A program made the translations under genes and the position numbers. From Chiloscyllium plagiosum (Eukaryota), in contig NC_057718.1 of NCBI RefSeq assembly GCF_004010195.1, positions 55,591,783-55,611,782 on the forward strand: a stretch of 20,000 nucleotides of DNA, written 5' to 3'. Positions 1 through 11,399 of the stretch are shown here, in pieces. The notes below the pieces were generated by a model. The model was not told where the DNA came from, made no database searches, and worked only from the letters and a program-made list of their open reading frames with translations. The first letter of the stretch is position 1, and every line of letters begins with the position of its first letter.

Positions 1-89
1 TTTCTCTGCAAATACTCTACAAAACCTATTTAGGAGATTTTTTTATCAACTTACAGATGATACTTATGAATAGTGAATTTTTGAAATTA

Positions 90-852
90 AAGTAATTGTT
101 GTCAACATCTTTCATTATTTTGTGATGATTAAGAATGGAGACCGTATTGGCTGGTTTAGTTAGTCCTCATTTTGTGGAGAGGGCATACCTAGACATTTTT
201 CTACTTTGTTGGGTAGATAGACGTTTTGTATCAGTATGAACAGCTTGGCCAGATGAGCCCCACTAGTGTGAAATTTTTAACACTTGAGCTGCAATGTTGC
301 CAGGCCTATGAACTTGTTATATTCATGCTCCAATGATTTTCAATATCACCTGAAGTGATACCAATTGCTTGGGATTAGCATCTGTGATGATGAGGACTCA
401 GTAGCAGGCTAAGATCAATAACCTACTCAGTGATCATGGCTGTAGGTAGTTGTAAATGTTACATCCCTGTTCTTTACACTTGTGCTGAGTTTCACTGATT
501 GTTTGTGTAAAAGCGTTCCTATATGATTGGAAGTAACAAAACTTGTTCACGTCAATTTGTTGGGTAGTGAGTTAACTTTGCCTATAACAAGCTGCATCTT
601 TTATTGTAGCTTCAGGAGGTTGACACTTTTTTTATTTTTCCTGACATCTCTTTTAATCATGGCTTGATGGTCATAGTAGGATGAGGGATATGGCAGGCTT
701 TGAAGTTGTAAAATGCAGTTTTTCTGCACTGATGGTCCATTGATGCTTCATGAATATCCAGTTTTGTGCTGGTAGATTAATTCTGAATGTTTCACATTTG
801 GCACGATGTGTTGACACACAAGACAAGATTAACCTCAGTATGAAGACAAAAT
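90..852 (-). mobile_element. Old CR1/L2-group LINE ORF2 fragment (region upstream of and at the start of RT), left part
   Basis: Minus-strand remnants RPGNIAAQVLKI (GPDxIP-like motif, ~275-310) and VCPLHK (V.P.HK motif, ~170-187) amid many stops and frameshifts. The sequence appears to resume at 2951 after a 2.1-kb insertion. Confidence 0.6.
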
Positions 853-855
853 ATT

Positions 856-2947
856 GGATGGGAATTTTTCACTCCCTAGAGTATTGTGAGCAATGGCAAG
901 AAATATGGGAAAATATAATGAAAATAAAACTGTTAAGAAAAAACATTTTCTCTCCACCGAAGGTTTTACAGTGAGCTCAAAGTCTCACAAATGAGCAATG
1001 ACTATCTTACTTCCTCGCATTTGTATGCTAGTAATAGCCAAATTTGCCTCATTTTTGTGCAACTTTTAATTCTTCTCTTTCAGTGCAAGTTGGAAACTAC
1101 AAACCACCAGTCTGATCACACCATATTGTTTTCAGATCAACTCTCACACCACTTCAGCCCCTCCGGACTTGACTTTGAAGCTTAGGGCCATATATGACTT
1201 GCATGTTTCTGCCAGGTCACTACATGAAAGGAAACACACCCATGTTGGGTGATTACACAGGATGCATCCTACGGCTCTTTAGCTCCATTCTTACTGCTTG
1301 TTCATTTTGTATTGAATTGGAAGCTGTCAGCCTCTGTGGCTTGTATTTTTTTTAACGCAAAGGGAGATGCAGCAACTTGTCATGGTTTGGAGGACCATAA
1401 GATCAAGGGAATGGACATGTTGCTGTACAGCACCATGCTGTGTTAATGTCATACCTATAGCATATGCCAGCAGCTTACACAGTAAACACAGTGCATGTGC
1501 TTTCAACGGATAATCATGTGTGAAAGTCAGAGGGAACTAGCCTTTGGTGGAGTCACGGGGTACAATAGTCCGGTGGGGTACTGCAGCAGTCAGTTAAGGG
1601 ACCCATCTTCAGTACCTAATAATGTGACAAAGGGAGAGATTGAGTATTGTGGAAATGACTGTAAGTACAATTAGCAGTTATACATGAATAGGAGAGTTGT
1701 TAGTGAGGTGTCCCAAGTGAGGGAGCTGAAAGTGCACCAGGCAGAAATAATTGGTAGTTTGAGAGAATGAAGTGGGTGACGGTTGTTGAGTGGACTGGTA
1801 CATACAGTAATGAGAATTATAGTCCATAAGTCTTGGTGGGTTGAATGTGCAGTGGCAGAGTTTGAATGAGTGGTGGCCCTGTAAGTAAGAGTTAGCAGAC
1901 ACAAGATGTTAGCACTTAGAGTCATAGAGATGTACAGCATGGAAACAGACCCTTCGGTCCAACTCGCCCATGCCGACCAAATATCCCAACTCAGTCTAGT
2001 TCCACCTGCCAGCACCTGGCCCATATCTCTCCAAACCCTTCTTATTCATGTACCATCCAGATGCCTCTTAAATGTTGCAATTGTACTAGCCTCCACCACT
2101 TCCTCTGGCATCTCATTCCATACATGTACCACCCTCTGTGTGAAAACATTGCCCTGTAGGTCTCTTTTATATCTTTCCCCTCTCACCCTAAACCTATGCC
2201 CTCTAGTTCTGGACTCACTAGAACTAGAACTTTACCCACCCCAGGGAAAAAACTTTGTCTATTTATCCTATCCATGCCCGTCACAATTTTATAAACCTCT
2301 ATAAGACCTCCGAAGTTCCAGGGAAAACAGCCCTAGCCTATTCAACCTCTCCCTATAGCTCAAATCCTCCAACCCTGGCAACATACTTGTAAATCTTTTC
2401 TGAAATTGTAGAGACCATTAACCTCCTACCTGCACTACTATATGTTACATTTTACCTGGAACACTGCCCTGAACCCAGGTTGCTATCTTGGAGTAGGCTG
2501 GCTAAGTCTGAAGGCAAGCCCTTCTTTGCCAGTCAGCAGGGTGAAACACTGCTGTCCTTTTCCATTGCCCTATCTGTCTGCACCTTCAGGTCCCTACCAG
2601 CAAACTGAGGAGGAGCTGACATGCCTTCCTGGGCCATTTCCTTTGGGATATGATACACGGTCGCAGTGTGAAAGGCAGCCCCTGGCAGGCAGTATCTGAA
2701 ATGTTGCAAATCTGGGTTTTAAATATGGCACCAGCAGCATAAATGTAAACTCTTGGCAGTGGCATCTAAGTATGACTTTTCTGCCACTTGAATCTATGGG
2801 ATAGGTGCCAAAGACGGCAGTTGCAAAATTAATAAGATCTAGAGTGAAAGATTGTGTAAAAAATATCATGGACCATGGTGGTCTGAATGTGATGTGTTTC
2901 ACTTGGGGGAAGCAAATACTTTGTCAATAAATGGTAATATTTAGTCC
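856..2947 (-). mobile_element. PIF/Harbinger DNA transposon fossil with Myb/SANT-like gene remnant
   Basis: Flanked by 3-bp direct repeats ATT (853-855, 2948-2950). Termini GGA...TCC with degenerate TIRs (ggatgggaatttttca vs reverse complement ggactaaatattacca). Minus strand 2637-2411 gives, across frameshifts, MAQEGMSAPPQFAGRDLKV...KRTAVFHPADWQRR...T*PAYSKIATWV...CR*EVNGL, the pattern of the Harbinger trihelix Myb-like protein. Confidence 0.6.
1916..2404 (-). mobile_element. 5'-truncated CR1 LINE 3' end
   Basis: Collinear and highly similar to the CR1 copy at 18839-19323. Tail ttagagtcatagag is the reverse complement of the CTCTATGA repeat. Confidence 0.95.
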
Positions 2948-2950
2948 ATT

Positions 2951-3330
2951 GTATCTACAAGTGCTGTGCAGTGATCAGTCCTACCAATAGATAGATACAT
3001 CTGCAACAAGTGGCTTGACAATGGTGAGATCAAATAGACTTTTCCCTCATGTTGCAGCTGATACCGACTGTATCCAAAAGATGTCCTTCAAGGTTTGGTC
3101 AGTTCCGTCAATTGTGATACTACTGAGCCACTTTTGAAGTGCCTCACCCAAATTACAGTTTTTGCCCTTGCTACTATTTGTGTTTTTTCTGAAGGTGTTC
3201 AAAATGAAGGAATATTGATTTATCTGTCGAGGGAGGTGGTTTGTGATAATCAATATGTGGTTTTCTTGTGCATTTTGACATAATACCCTGATACTACATG
3301 GTGTTAGAATTAATGATGAACACATCCAGT
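2951..3330 (-). mobile_element. Old CR1/L2-group LINE ORF2 fragment (APE endonuclease region), continuation of 90-852
   Basis: Minus ORF 3047-3424 contains KWLSSITIDGTDQTLKDI, resembling the W.S..T...G..L segment of LINE APE domains. It joins cleanly to 852 once the insert and one ATT are removed. Confidence 0.55.
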
Positions 3331-4274
3331 TCCCTACCTCCTGAATATAGGGACTTGGCAGTTGGTCAGTGAATGAGTCACAGAAATAGGGGAGAGTGCA
3401 GTTGGAAATAGCAAGAGGCAGCAAGCCACTCCATACAGGATGAAGGCCAGAGGGATGCAGAGGTGTAGAAATGACAGCCAGGACTCAGACAAGTGGCTCA
3501 CTGGACAGCACAAGCACAAATCAATACAGATGCCTATTGACCGGTCACACCAATGATGACAATTATGACAGAAAAGGTGTGTATGTCCTGGTGGACACAG
3601 TTGTTTTACATTAATGCTGTTTCATCTTTGGACCTGTTCTTCTACGTTTCTCTTTGCTCCTCTAATTACCCTTTTACTATGTCTCCATTTTCCTGTAATT
3701 ATCTCCTTGGCCTTAATTCTGCCGATTTATTCTTATTGGTTTCACTTTTCATTTGTTTGTTGATCAGGTCAGGGTCATATTTGTTAATCCCAAGAAACAA
3801 CCAGTTAAGTGGGGAGTGCACACTTTCTGGCTGGACAGTGCAGTTTTTCAGGATCTTACCATTCCAGAGCTGGTCTTGGATTGGTCCAAAGTTATAGCAT
3901 CTTGTATTGTCAACCGAAGCACTCCAGAATCCAGTGATGCTTTCTGTTTGTGACGGTGCTGGATAGCCAAGCAGAAAAAGAAACTAGATGAGTGGGTTTC
4001 CATGATTTGAAATTGTCATCTTTAAAAAGAAGACAATAAATATTAAGAATACATTCTTTGAAAAAATGTAGGGGATAAAACAGATAAGTGGATATTGAAG
4101 TAGAGATTATAAAAGGAAATTAAATATATGTTTTTTATTAAAAAAGGAAGATAATGGAAATATACGTAGCAGTAATTAAAGAAATAGCATACATGATATC
4201 TGTCACTTCTGTTGCTGTGAAAACAACAATTTAATTGAAAATGTTGATTTATTTTAAAATGTGTAGACTTATGA

Positions 4275-4631
<357 letters not shown>

Positions 4632-4992
4632 TGAGATTCAAATTATTATGTTTGTTTGCTTCTCCCCACCTACATACGTGTAGTTGTTTGCTGTTCAAAA
4701 TGTATACGGTGCTGGAGTAGCATGAAACTGTTTCTGCAGATGAGTACAGAATAACTGAATGTCAAGAAAAAGTCCTATTTGCATGTGCTATCACAGTAAG
4801 CAGTATTCTAAATGTTGTTTGACAGCTGAAAATGTGCTTAGAGTAAAAGTAAGGCATGGAAAATTTGAATTTAAATCATTTAGTCTAAAATTAATTTCCT
4901 CCATTACTAATTGGTGCATAATTCAGGTATTTTTCTTAATTTTATCATCTGTAAAAAGACTTGTGTTAACCATTATATATTGAAATTGGAGG

Positions 4993-5150
4993 GGGTCAAT
5001 TAACTCAGATGACTAATAATGTCAACAACATGCATCCAATCCCTCTTGGCTGAGGTAGTTCTTGGGGCCTACGTTCTTGCTTGCCTCAAAGTTAGTAACT
5101 CTCAGTGTAATGTAGCAAGGGGTATTTGGATACTCCTTGCCTTTGAGACC
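4993..5150 (+). mobile_element. Degenerate tRNA-derived SINE remnant
   Basis: A-box-like ggtcaattaactcagatga and a decayed B-box-like catccaatccc followed by tggctgaggtag; heavily eroded. Confidence 0.35.
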
Positions 5151-5691
5151 ATGCAAGAGCAACCAAAGGAGTTAAGGCAGAAGTTTACATCCATCTAATT
5201 CTTTAGTTTGGGTTTAGCTGTAAAAAGACCTTTTAAAACCACCCATGGTTTGGACATAGCTGAATACCAAGGAATATACCACTACAACTACTAAAATAAT
5301 TGATTTCATTTTAAAATGCATTGATAAAGCAGATTGTATTTCAGTACGAAAATATCTTTCACAAGTGTCAATGTTTGCCTGCAATACCCAGCATGCCTGC
5401 GTGCAATAAGCATCACTCTTAAATGCCTGTCATGCATCATATGTGAAAAGCTATATTTTGGCCTTTGACCCAGATTGTTGCCATGGCAGAGAGCCCCTTT
5501 GACAAGATGAATATAGTAGAAGACTTCAGATATCTGAAGTGTTGCCTTACAATAATAAGTGGAATGGAGTATAAAGGAAGAAATAGTGAGAGCCTATGAG
5601 AAAACTGCAATTGAAATCAGGAGGGTTATAATCTACATCTCAAGTGAAAAAATTAGATGGGCAAAAGTGGCCTACTTGAGGATTTCATAGC

Positions 5692-5797
5692 CAAAACAGA
5701 AATTGCTGGACAAACTCAGCAGGTCTGGCAGTACTTTTGGAGATAGTACCTGTTCTGAATTTGGATGGATCTCCAGCATCTATAGTTCTTTGTTTCA
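5692..5797. mobile_element. Penelope pseudo-LTR fragments in opposite orientations
   Basis: Reverse complement of 5702-5733 (tactgccagacctgctgagtttgtccagcaat) aligns to 13984-14015 (tgctgcctgacctgctgtgctgttccagcaat). 5768-5797 resembles the pseudo-LTR distal tail on the + strand. Confidence 0.6.
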
Positions 5798-6539
5798 TAA
5801 TGTATTATCCAATGTTGGTATTCCCTGTCACCATCAATATTCCTTCAAAATTGCTGTTAATATTTTTTTACATACCATTATATTTGTAATAGCATCTAAG
5901 TCTTTATGCAGTGTTTGAATTGAATCTTTCTGTTTAGAACACATTCTTATATATTGTTTATTAGTCTTCAGGCTTTCTGCTGTGTTACAATATGACCATA
6001 ATGGGTTTATATTTTTTGTGCTCATGCTGGTATTTAATAAGTGTGCATTAATTGTTGATTTACACATTATTGCATTCTTCCACATTAATAACTGCATGTA
6101 ATATTCAAATGCAGTGATGGCTTCTTCCAACAAATCTATTTCCACCTTGTCATCTTCATGCACTTAATGAAACTGTAGGCTCCCGATACCAGAAATCATA
6201 TTGATGGAACCTCATACTAAGCTATCTGTTATTACTGAATCATCAACGGTGCCTATGGATACATTTGTCTAAATATTGATGATTTACCATCCAAACTGTT
6301 GATATTTCATCATCTTGAGCCAACATGAATGTGTACTTTTTTAAAGAAATGCTTGCAATTCTACACTCTCCAAACTTGGCTGCCTACAGTGTCACCCTTA
6401 AACCTCTATCCAAAGCAATTTAGTGAAAGAAATCATAAATTGATACTGAAAACTTAATTAACATTGTGAGAAGTGCAATTTTGATACCTATACAATTTTC
6501 TCTTTCTTTCCCCATTTCATTGAAATTGTGCCTACCAGC

Positions 6540-6724
6540 CAGTTGATAAACCCATCCCTTACTCTCTCAGTCCGTCTCCACTCATTTCACTTGAACTCTA
6601 ACCATATCCTTCTTTCTGTTCCTTTCTTCCACTCCTTTATTCTCCTTCTTATACACTATTGATCCAATTTGCTCCTTCTTCCCTCTCTTAATCTTCATCC
6701 TATTTATATATCTTTATCTTATTA
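6540..6724. repeat. Pyrimidine-rich low-complexity tract
   Basis: Strong C/T bias with no periodic unit. Confidence 0.5.
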
Positions 6725-7291
6725 TTTATTGGAAGGGGAATTGAGTTTCAGAGCCACAAGGTCATGCTTCAGCTGTACAAGACCCTGGTAAGGCCACACC
6801 TGGAGTATTGCGTGCAGTTCTGGTCACCACATTATAGGAAGGATGTGGAAGCTTTGGAAAGGGTTCAGAGGAGATTTACTAGGATGTTGCCTGGTATGGA
6901 AGGGAGGTCCAACGAGGAAAGGCTGAGGGAACTGAGGCTGTTTTCGTTGGAGAGAAGGTTGAAAGGTGACTTAATCGAGACATATAAGATAATCAGAGGG
7001 TTAGATAGGGTGGACAGTGAGAGCCTTTTTCCTCGTGAAGGCTAACATGAGGGGACATAGATTTAGGACAGATATTAGCTGTAGTTTCTTCACTCAGAGT
7101 AGTAGGGGCATAGAACGGCCTGCCTGCAACAGTAGTAGACTCGCCGACGTTAAGGTCATTTAAATGGGCATTGGACATTCATATGAATAATAATGGAATG
7201 GTGTAGGATAGATGGGCATCAAATTATTTTCACAGGTTGGTGTAACATTGAGGGCTGAAGAGACTGTACTGCGCTGTAGCATTATACATTC
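6725..7291 (+). mobile_element. 5'-truncated CR1 LINE (ORF2 C-terminus and 3' UTR)
   Basis: ORF LYKTLVRPHLEYCVQFWSPHYRKDVEALERVQRRFTRMLPG is the canonical CR1 ORF2 C-terminal region. Its 3' UTR differs from the CTCTATGA-tailed copies, indicating another subfamily. Confidence 0.95.
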
Positions 7292-7443
7292 TGTAGCAAT
7301 ATCCCATAAACATGCCCTTGGCAGAGGCAAATTCAGTAAAATAGATTGTCTCATAAGCAATTCTAGCAGCAGGAAGAGAACCCAAGCTTTTAGCTGTAAA
7401 AGAGAGGAATGACAGCTTCCATGCCCAGCTTCATGACCCTCTA

Positions 7444-7825
7444 TAACAAAATCCCGGTTTTGTGGAAGTTCGACCCCACCCCTTCATGCTGCTTCCATTA
7501 TTCCAACCATTTAAAAAAAAACAAGAATTCACAAGCTGTTTACTTTATTGGCTTGGAACAGTTTGCTTGCCACCTCCATCTCAACTTCTCTTCATAATAA
7601 AACCAGGACAAAATACACTTCTTAAAGCCCTTATATCATCACATCCATTCTTGAGTACATTTGTAAATCAATCATATGCAAATCGGAACACAATATAATG
7701 CAAACTAAAATATCAGTTTGTAAGTATGAGTAAATGTCTGTTCTTTAAAATTAACATTAATGTTGAATCTCTTTCATAAGTGCAAGCGTTTGTAAGTCGG
7801 ACGTTCATAAATCGGGGACTTACTG
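7444..7825. mobile_element. Probable Tigger/pogo-like non-autonomous DNA transposon (MITE)
   Basis: The right end read on the minus strand is cagtaagtccccgatttatgaacgtccgacttac, a Tigger-like TIR. 7452-7474 matches the reverse complement of 7796-7818 at 17/23 positions. Repeated ttygtaart motifs occur inside the right end. Confidence 0.5.
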
Positions 7826-7919
7826 TCAAAGTGCAACCTTTGACTCAGACACCTTATTGAAGTGTAGGGCCTTGAAATGTAGCTGTGCCATACTAAAAGA
7901 TCTTCTTAGCCCCAGGTAT

Positions 7920-8070
7920 GATAGACAAGATGTTCACTATAGCCAGTATTAACTGCTCATTACTAATTCTCCTAGAAATAGTGGTAGTGAATTATCTTCT
8001 TGAATCGCTAAGTTCCTTGAGGTTTTGAGACACCCACAGTTCTACTAAAAATGGAGTTTCAGAATTTTGA
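7920..8070 (-). mobile_element. Degenerate SINE 3' part (DeuSINE-like)
   Basis: gccagtattaactgctcattactaatt...cttcttgaatcgct...acacccacagt resembles, from memory, a common elasmobranch SINE tail in reverse orientation; strongly diverged. Confidence 0.35.
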
Positions 8071-8216
8071 GTTGATAAAGTGTGGCAATGGAAAAAGCTT
8101 TTTCCAGCTCCACACTTTATCGACTCTGACTTGTCCAACATCTGTAGTCCTCACTATCTCCAAGTTTAAAATTTTGAGCCAATAACAATGAAGATAATGG
8201 TGATATCACTCCTCTA

Positions 8217-9171
8217 GAATTCACTAGAGAGGAAGAAAAGGACAACAAACTCCCATTCCTAGATGTGATGGTACAGAGAACACCAAATGGAGAATTCACC
8301 ACAAAGGTATACAGGAAAGCCACACACACAAACCAAGTGCTAAACTACAAAAACAACCATCCCAACACACACAAAAGAAGTTGCATCAAGACACTGTTCA
8401 AAAGGGCCACAACACACTGCAGTACACCAGAACTGCAAAAAGAGGAAGAAGAACACCTATACAATGTATTCACCAAAAACGGATACCCCCGCAATTTCAT
8501 CAACAGATGCCCAAGGGAAAGACAACAGAATGACGTCATGCCACAACTCAAAGGACTAGCCACAGTACCATGCATCAAAAACATTTCTGAACTGACAGCC
8601 AGACTACTGCGACCACTAGGACTCATAACAGCACACAAACCAACAGCCACTCTCAGACAACAACTCACCAGGACGAAGGACCCGATACCCAGCATAAGCA
8701 AAACCAATGTAGTGTACAAAATCCCATGCAAGGACTGCACAAAACACTACATAGGACAAACAGGAAGACAGCTAACGATCCGCATCCATGAACACCAACT
8801 AGCCACAAAACGACATGACCAGCTATCCTTAGTAGCAACACACTCAGATGACAAGCAACATGAATTCGACTGGGACAACACTACTATTATAGGACAAGCC
8901 AAACAGAGAACAGCCAGGGAATTCCTAGAGGCATGGCACTCATTCACAGATTCAATCAATAAGCACATCGACCTGGACCCAATATACTGGCCACTGCAGC
9001 GGACAGCTGGAACTAACAACCAGAAGCGGCAGATACAAATCAATATAAATGCTGGAGGAAACATCACAGAAGCGCTTCACAGGAGGCTCCCAAGCAATGA
9101 GGATGTCACCTAGACAGGGGACGAAACGTCTGCAACACAAATTCCCAGCTCGGCGAACAGAACCACAACAA
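8217..9171 (+). mobile_element. 5'-truncated Penelope-like element (RT thumb, GIY-YIG endonuclease, pseudo-LTR)
   Basis: Open frame 8220-9113: FTREEEKDNKLPFLDV, VYRKATHT, HP..HK, NGYP, NVVYKIPCKDCTKHYIGQTGRQLTIRIHEH, FLEAWHS, INKH. TATA-like tataaat at 9044-9050 and a hammerhead motif follow. Confidence 0.95.
9094..9133 (+). ncRNA. Minimal type I hammerhead ribozyme motif, core mutated (C3A)
   Basis: Stem I gca/tgc; core aUGAGGA (9097-9103); stem II gtc-a-cct(agac)agg-g-gac; GAAA 9123-9126; C-GUC with the predicted site after 9130. Confidence 0.8.
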
Positions 9172-10486
9172 GATGGACATTGCTTTGCTCTTTCAGCTGC
9201 AAAATTGATGTTCATGTTACCACACATGTTTCTGAACTCATTATTGACAATAGAAGGGCATTTGCCAGCTGACTATTTTTGACTCAAACATTGTAAATTT
9301 TCTTCTGGAGAGAAGAAGTTCAAAATGGATTCATTTTCTGCTAACAATTCATTCCTTGGTTGATAAAAATCCCCTTTATCTATTTTAAGAATATTGGTCA
9401 GATTTTTTCATGTTCAAGATGTGATAATTTGAAATATTTATTTGGTTTGTACTTGAAATAATTTTAATCTTTCATCTTTTCTTGATTCAATTCTAAATTA
9501 ATTTAATGTAGTTCCCTTTGAATGGTATCAATATCTTCTTGCTTTGGATTTCCACTATTTTGTCTAACACTTCCCCTTCGATTTTGCTGGACTTGTAAAG
9601 ACTCACCTGACTTTTTAAAATTGTCAGATGTGACTCTGATTCAGAAGTTACGCACCCATTTCTGAGTCACTGTTTTTGCTGATAGTGGAGCCTCCCGATG
9701 GCTCAATCACTTTTTCTGAGGTTGCTTTCCACATGATTCCTGAGCCTGTATTCCAGCACTTACTTATGGGCACAATTTCAGCTCTTGTGCAGACAATTAG
9801 ATTCACTAAGCTGTAATTGCCCTTCACTTTTCTGAAACCCTAATTTCCAAGCTGCACAGAGCTGTAATTGGTTTGCAGGGTGATTTCTGAGCCCTAGCAC
9901 TTCCTAACAATGTAATCAGCAATCTTTTGTTGCTGTATCAGCCCTCAATCACCCAGGACTTTTTTGAGTTCTAACTGTGCAAAATAAGCAAATGACATCA
10001 CTTTCCTGCTTGGTGCCTCTTTCTCTGTGTCTCTCCTAGAGGCCTCCTCTATCACAGGAATCACTTTTTGTGTGGTGCCATGCTGGTGCTGTGATTTTCT
10101 TGCTGCAACATCCATGTGGTTGCCCTCTTGTCCAAAATGGCTGACTCTTCAGCTTTGGAGAGAAAGCTAGAACAATTGCATGCATTGGCTGAGAGGCTGC
10201 AATGCTCTGTGCATGGTCAGAAACATTCAACCTGCCATGAAATGGAGTCCTTAGTTTCCACCCATGAGTAAGGTATATCAGGTTGATAATGGTGTTCGGT
10301 CCTAGGATGTTGCCTTGAAAAGTGAGATTTTGAGCATTTAAGTTTTTCTGAAAAATCAAAATAAATTGATGACTGAGTTCATGAATTATTATTTCAAGCA
10401 AGCATTTGATAATTATTTAGTGTAACTTATGTTACTGGCAATCCAGAGGTCTTGAGTAATGATTTGAAAATATGATTCCAAGTCCA

Positions 10487-10856
10487 GGGAGTCCAAAACT
10501 AAAGGTCATTTAAGGTGAGAGTGGAAAGATTTAAAAGGCACCTAAGTGGCAACTGTTTCACCCAGTGGGTGAGTGTGTATGGAATGAGCTACCAGAGGAA
10601 GTGATGGAGGCTGGTGGGTTGGGATATCTAGCCGGCATGGACAAGTTGGACACAAAGGCACTGTTTCCATGCTTTCCATTTCTATGACTCTATGACTCTA
10701 ATTACAGCATTTAACAGGCATCTAGATGGGTACATGATTAGGAAGAATTTAGAGGGATATGGGTCAAATGCTGGCGAATGGGACATTTAGACTGTCTGGT
10801 CGGCATGGATGAGCTGGACCGAAGGATCTGTTTCTGTGCTATACTCCTCTATGACT
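10487..10856 (+). mobile_element. CR1 3' end, interrupted by a second CR1 tail
   Basis: Collinear with 12824-13114 and with the reverse complement of 18839-19144; ends in ctctatgact. Confidence 0.9.
10616..10699 (+). mobile_element. Very short CR1 3' tail insertion
   Basis: gggttgggatatctagccggcatggac...tctatgactctatgactct sits between ggctggt and aattacagc, which are nearly contiguous in the other copies (ggtacaattg). Confidence 0.85.
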
Positions 10857-10999
10857 AATTAAATAAATTTGTTAGCATTTCCAAAGAGATCGATAAGCTT
10901 ATAAAAACAGTTTCGTACTTCTTCTGTTAGCTGACTGTCAAAATTTCATACTTTAAACTCTTTGCTGTAAGAAATTGTTTAAAAAAATCATTGAGTAAT

Positions 11000-11399
11000 C
11001 ATAAATAGCAAACAGAGTAGGAATATGTGAGTCATTTTTTGGTTTGCAGGCTTTGCTTAAGGGGTACGACAACAATTGATGCTTGACCCCAGCTATTCAT
11101 AGTCCATAACAATGACTTGGATATGGGGATTGAATGTAATATTTACAAGTTTGCAGAGGTGGATATGAGCATTGTGAGGAAGACACATGTTTCAATGAAA
11201 TTCTGAGAAGTTAAATAAGTTGGCACTATCCATTTGGTAGGAAAAATGGTGAGAAACTGAAGACTGTTGAACTTCAAAGTGACTGGGTGTCCTTGTTCAT
11301 CAGTCTTTGAAATTTCACGTGGAAGTATAGCAAGCAATTAAGAATCCAAATATTATGATGGCCTTTTTACCAAAAACATTTCCATGTAGAAGTAAAGAT
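11000..11399 (+). mobile_element. Old CR1 RT fragment, left part
   Basis: Decayed RT motifs: aatgacttggat (NDLD), aagtttgcaga (KFA), atccatttggtagg (IHFGR-like), gggtgtccttgttcat (GVLVH). Continues at 13115. Confidence 0.75.

Noticed and set aside
1066..1185. Strong-looking acceptor ttcttctctttcag followed by a short open frame
   Set aside because: The translation has no resemblance to the expected upstream EML exon, it ends in a stop, and it lies inside the Harbinger fossil.
5834..6163. 109-aa minus-strand ORF in AT-rich sequence
   Set aside because: No recognisable motif; cannot be assigned and is compatible with chance or very old repeat debris.
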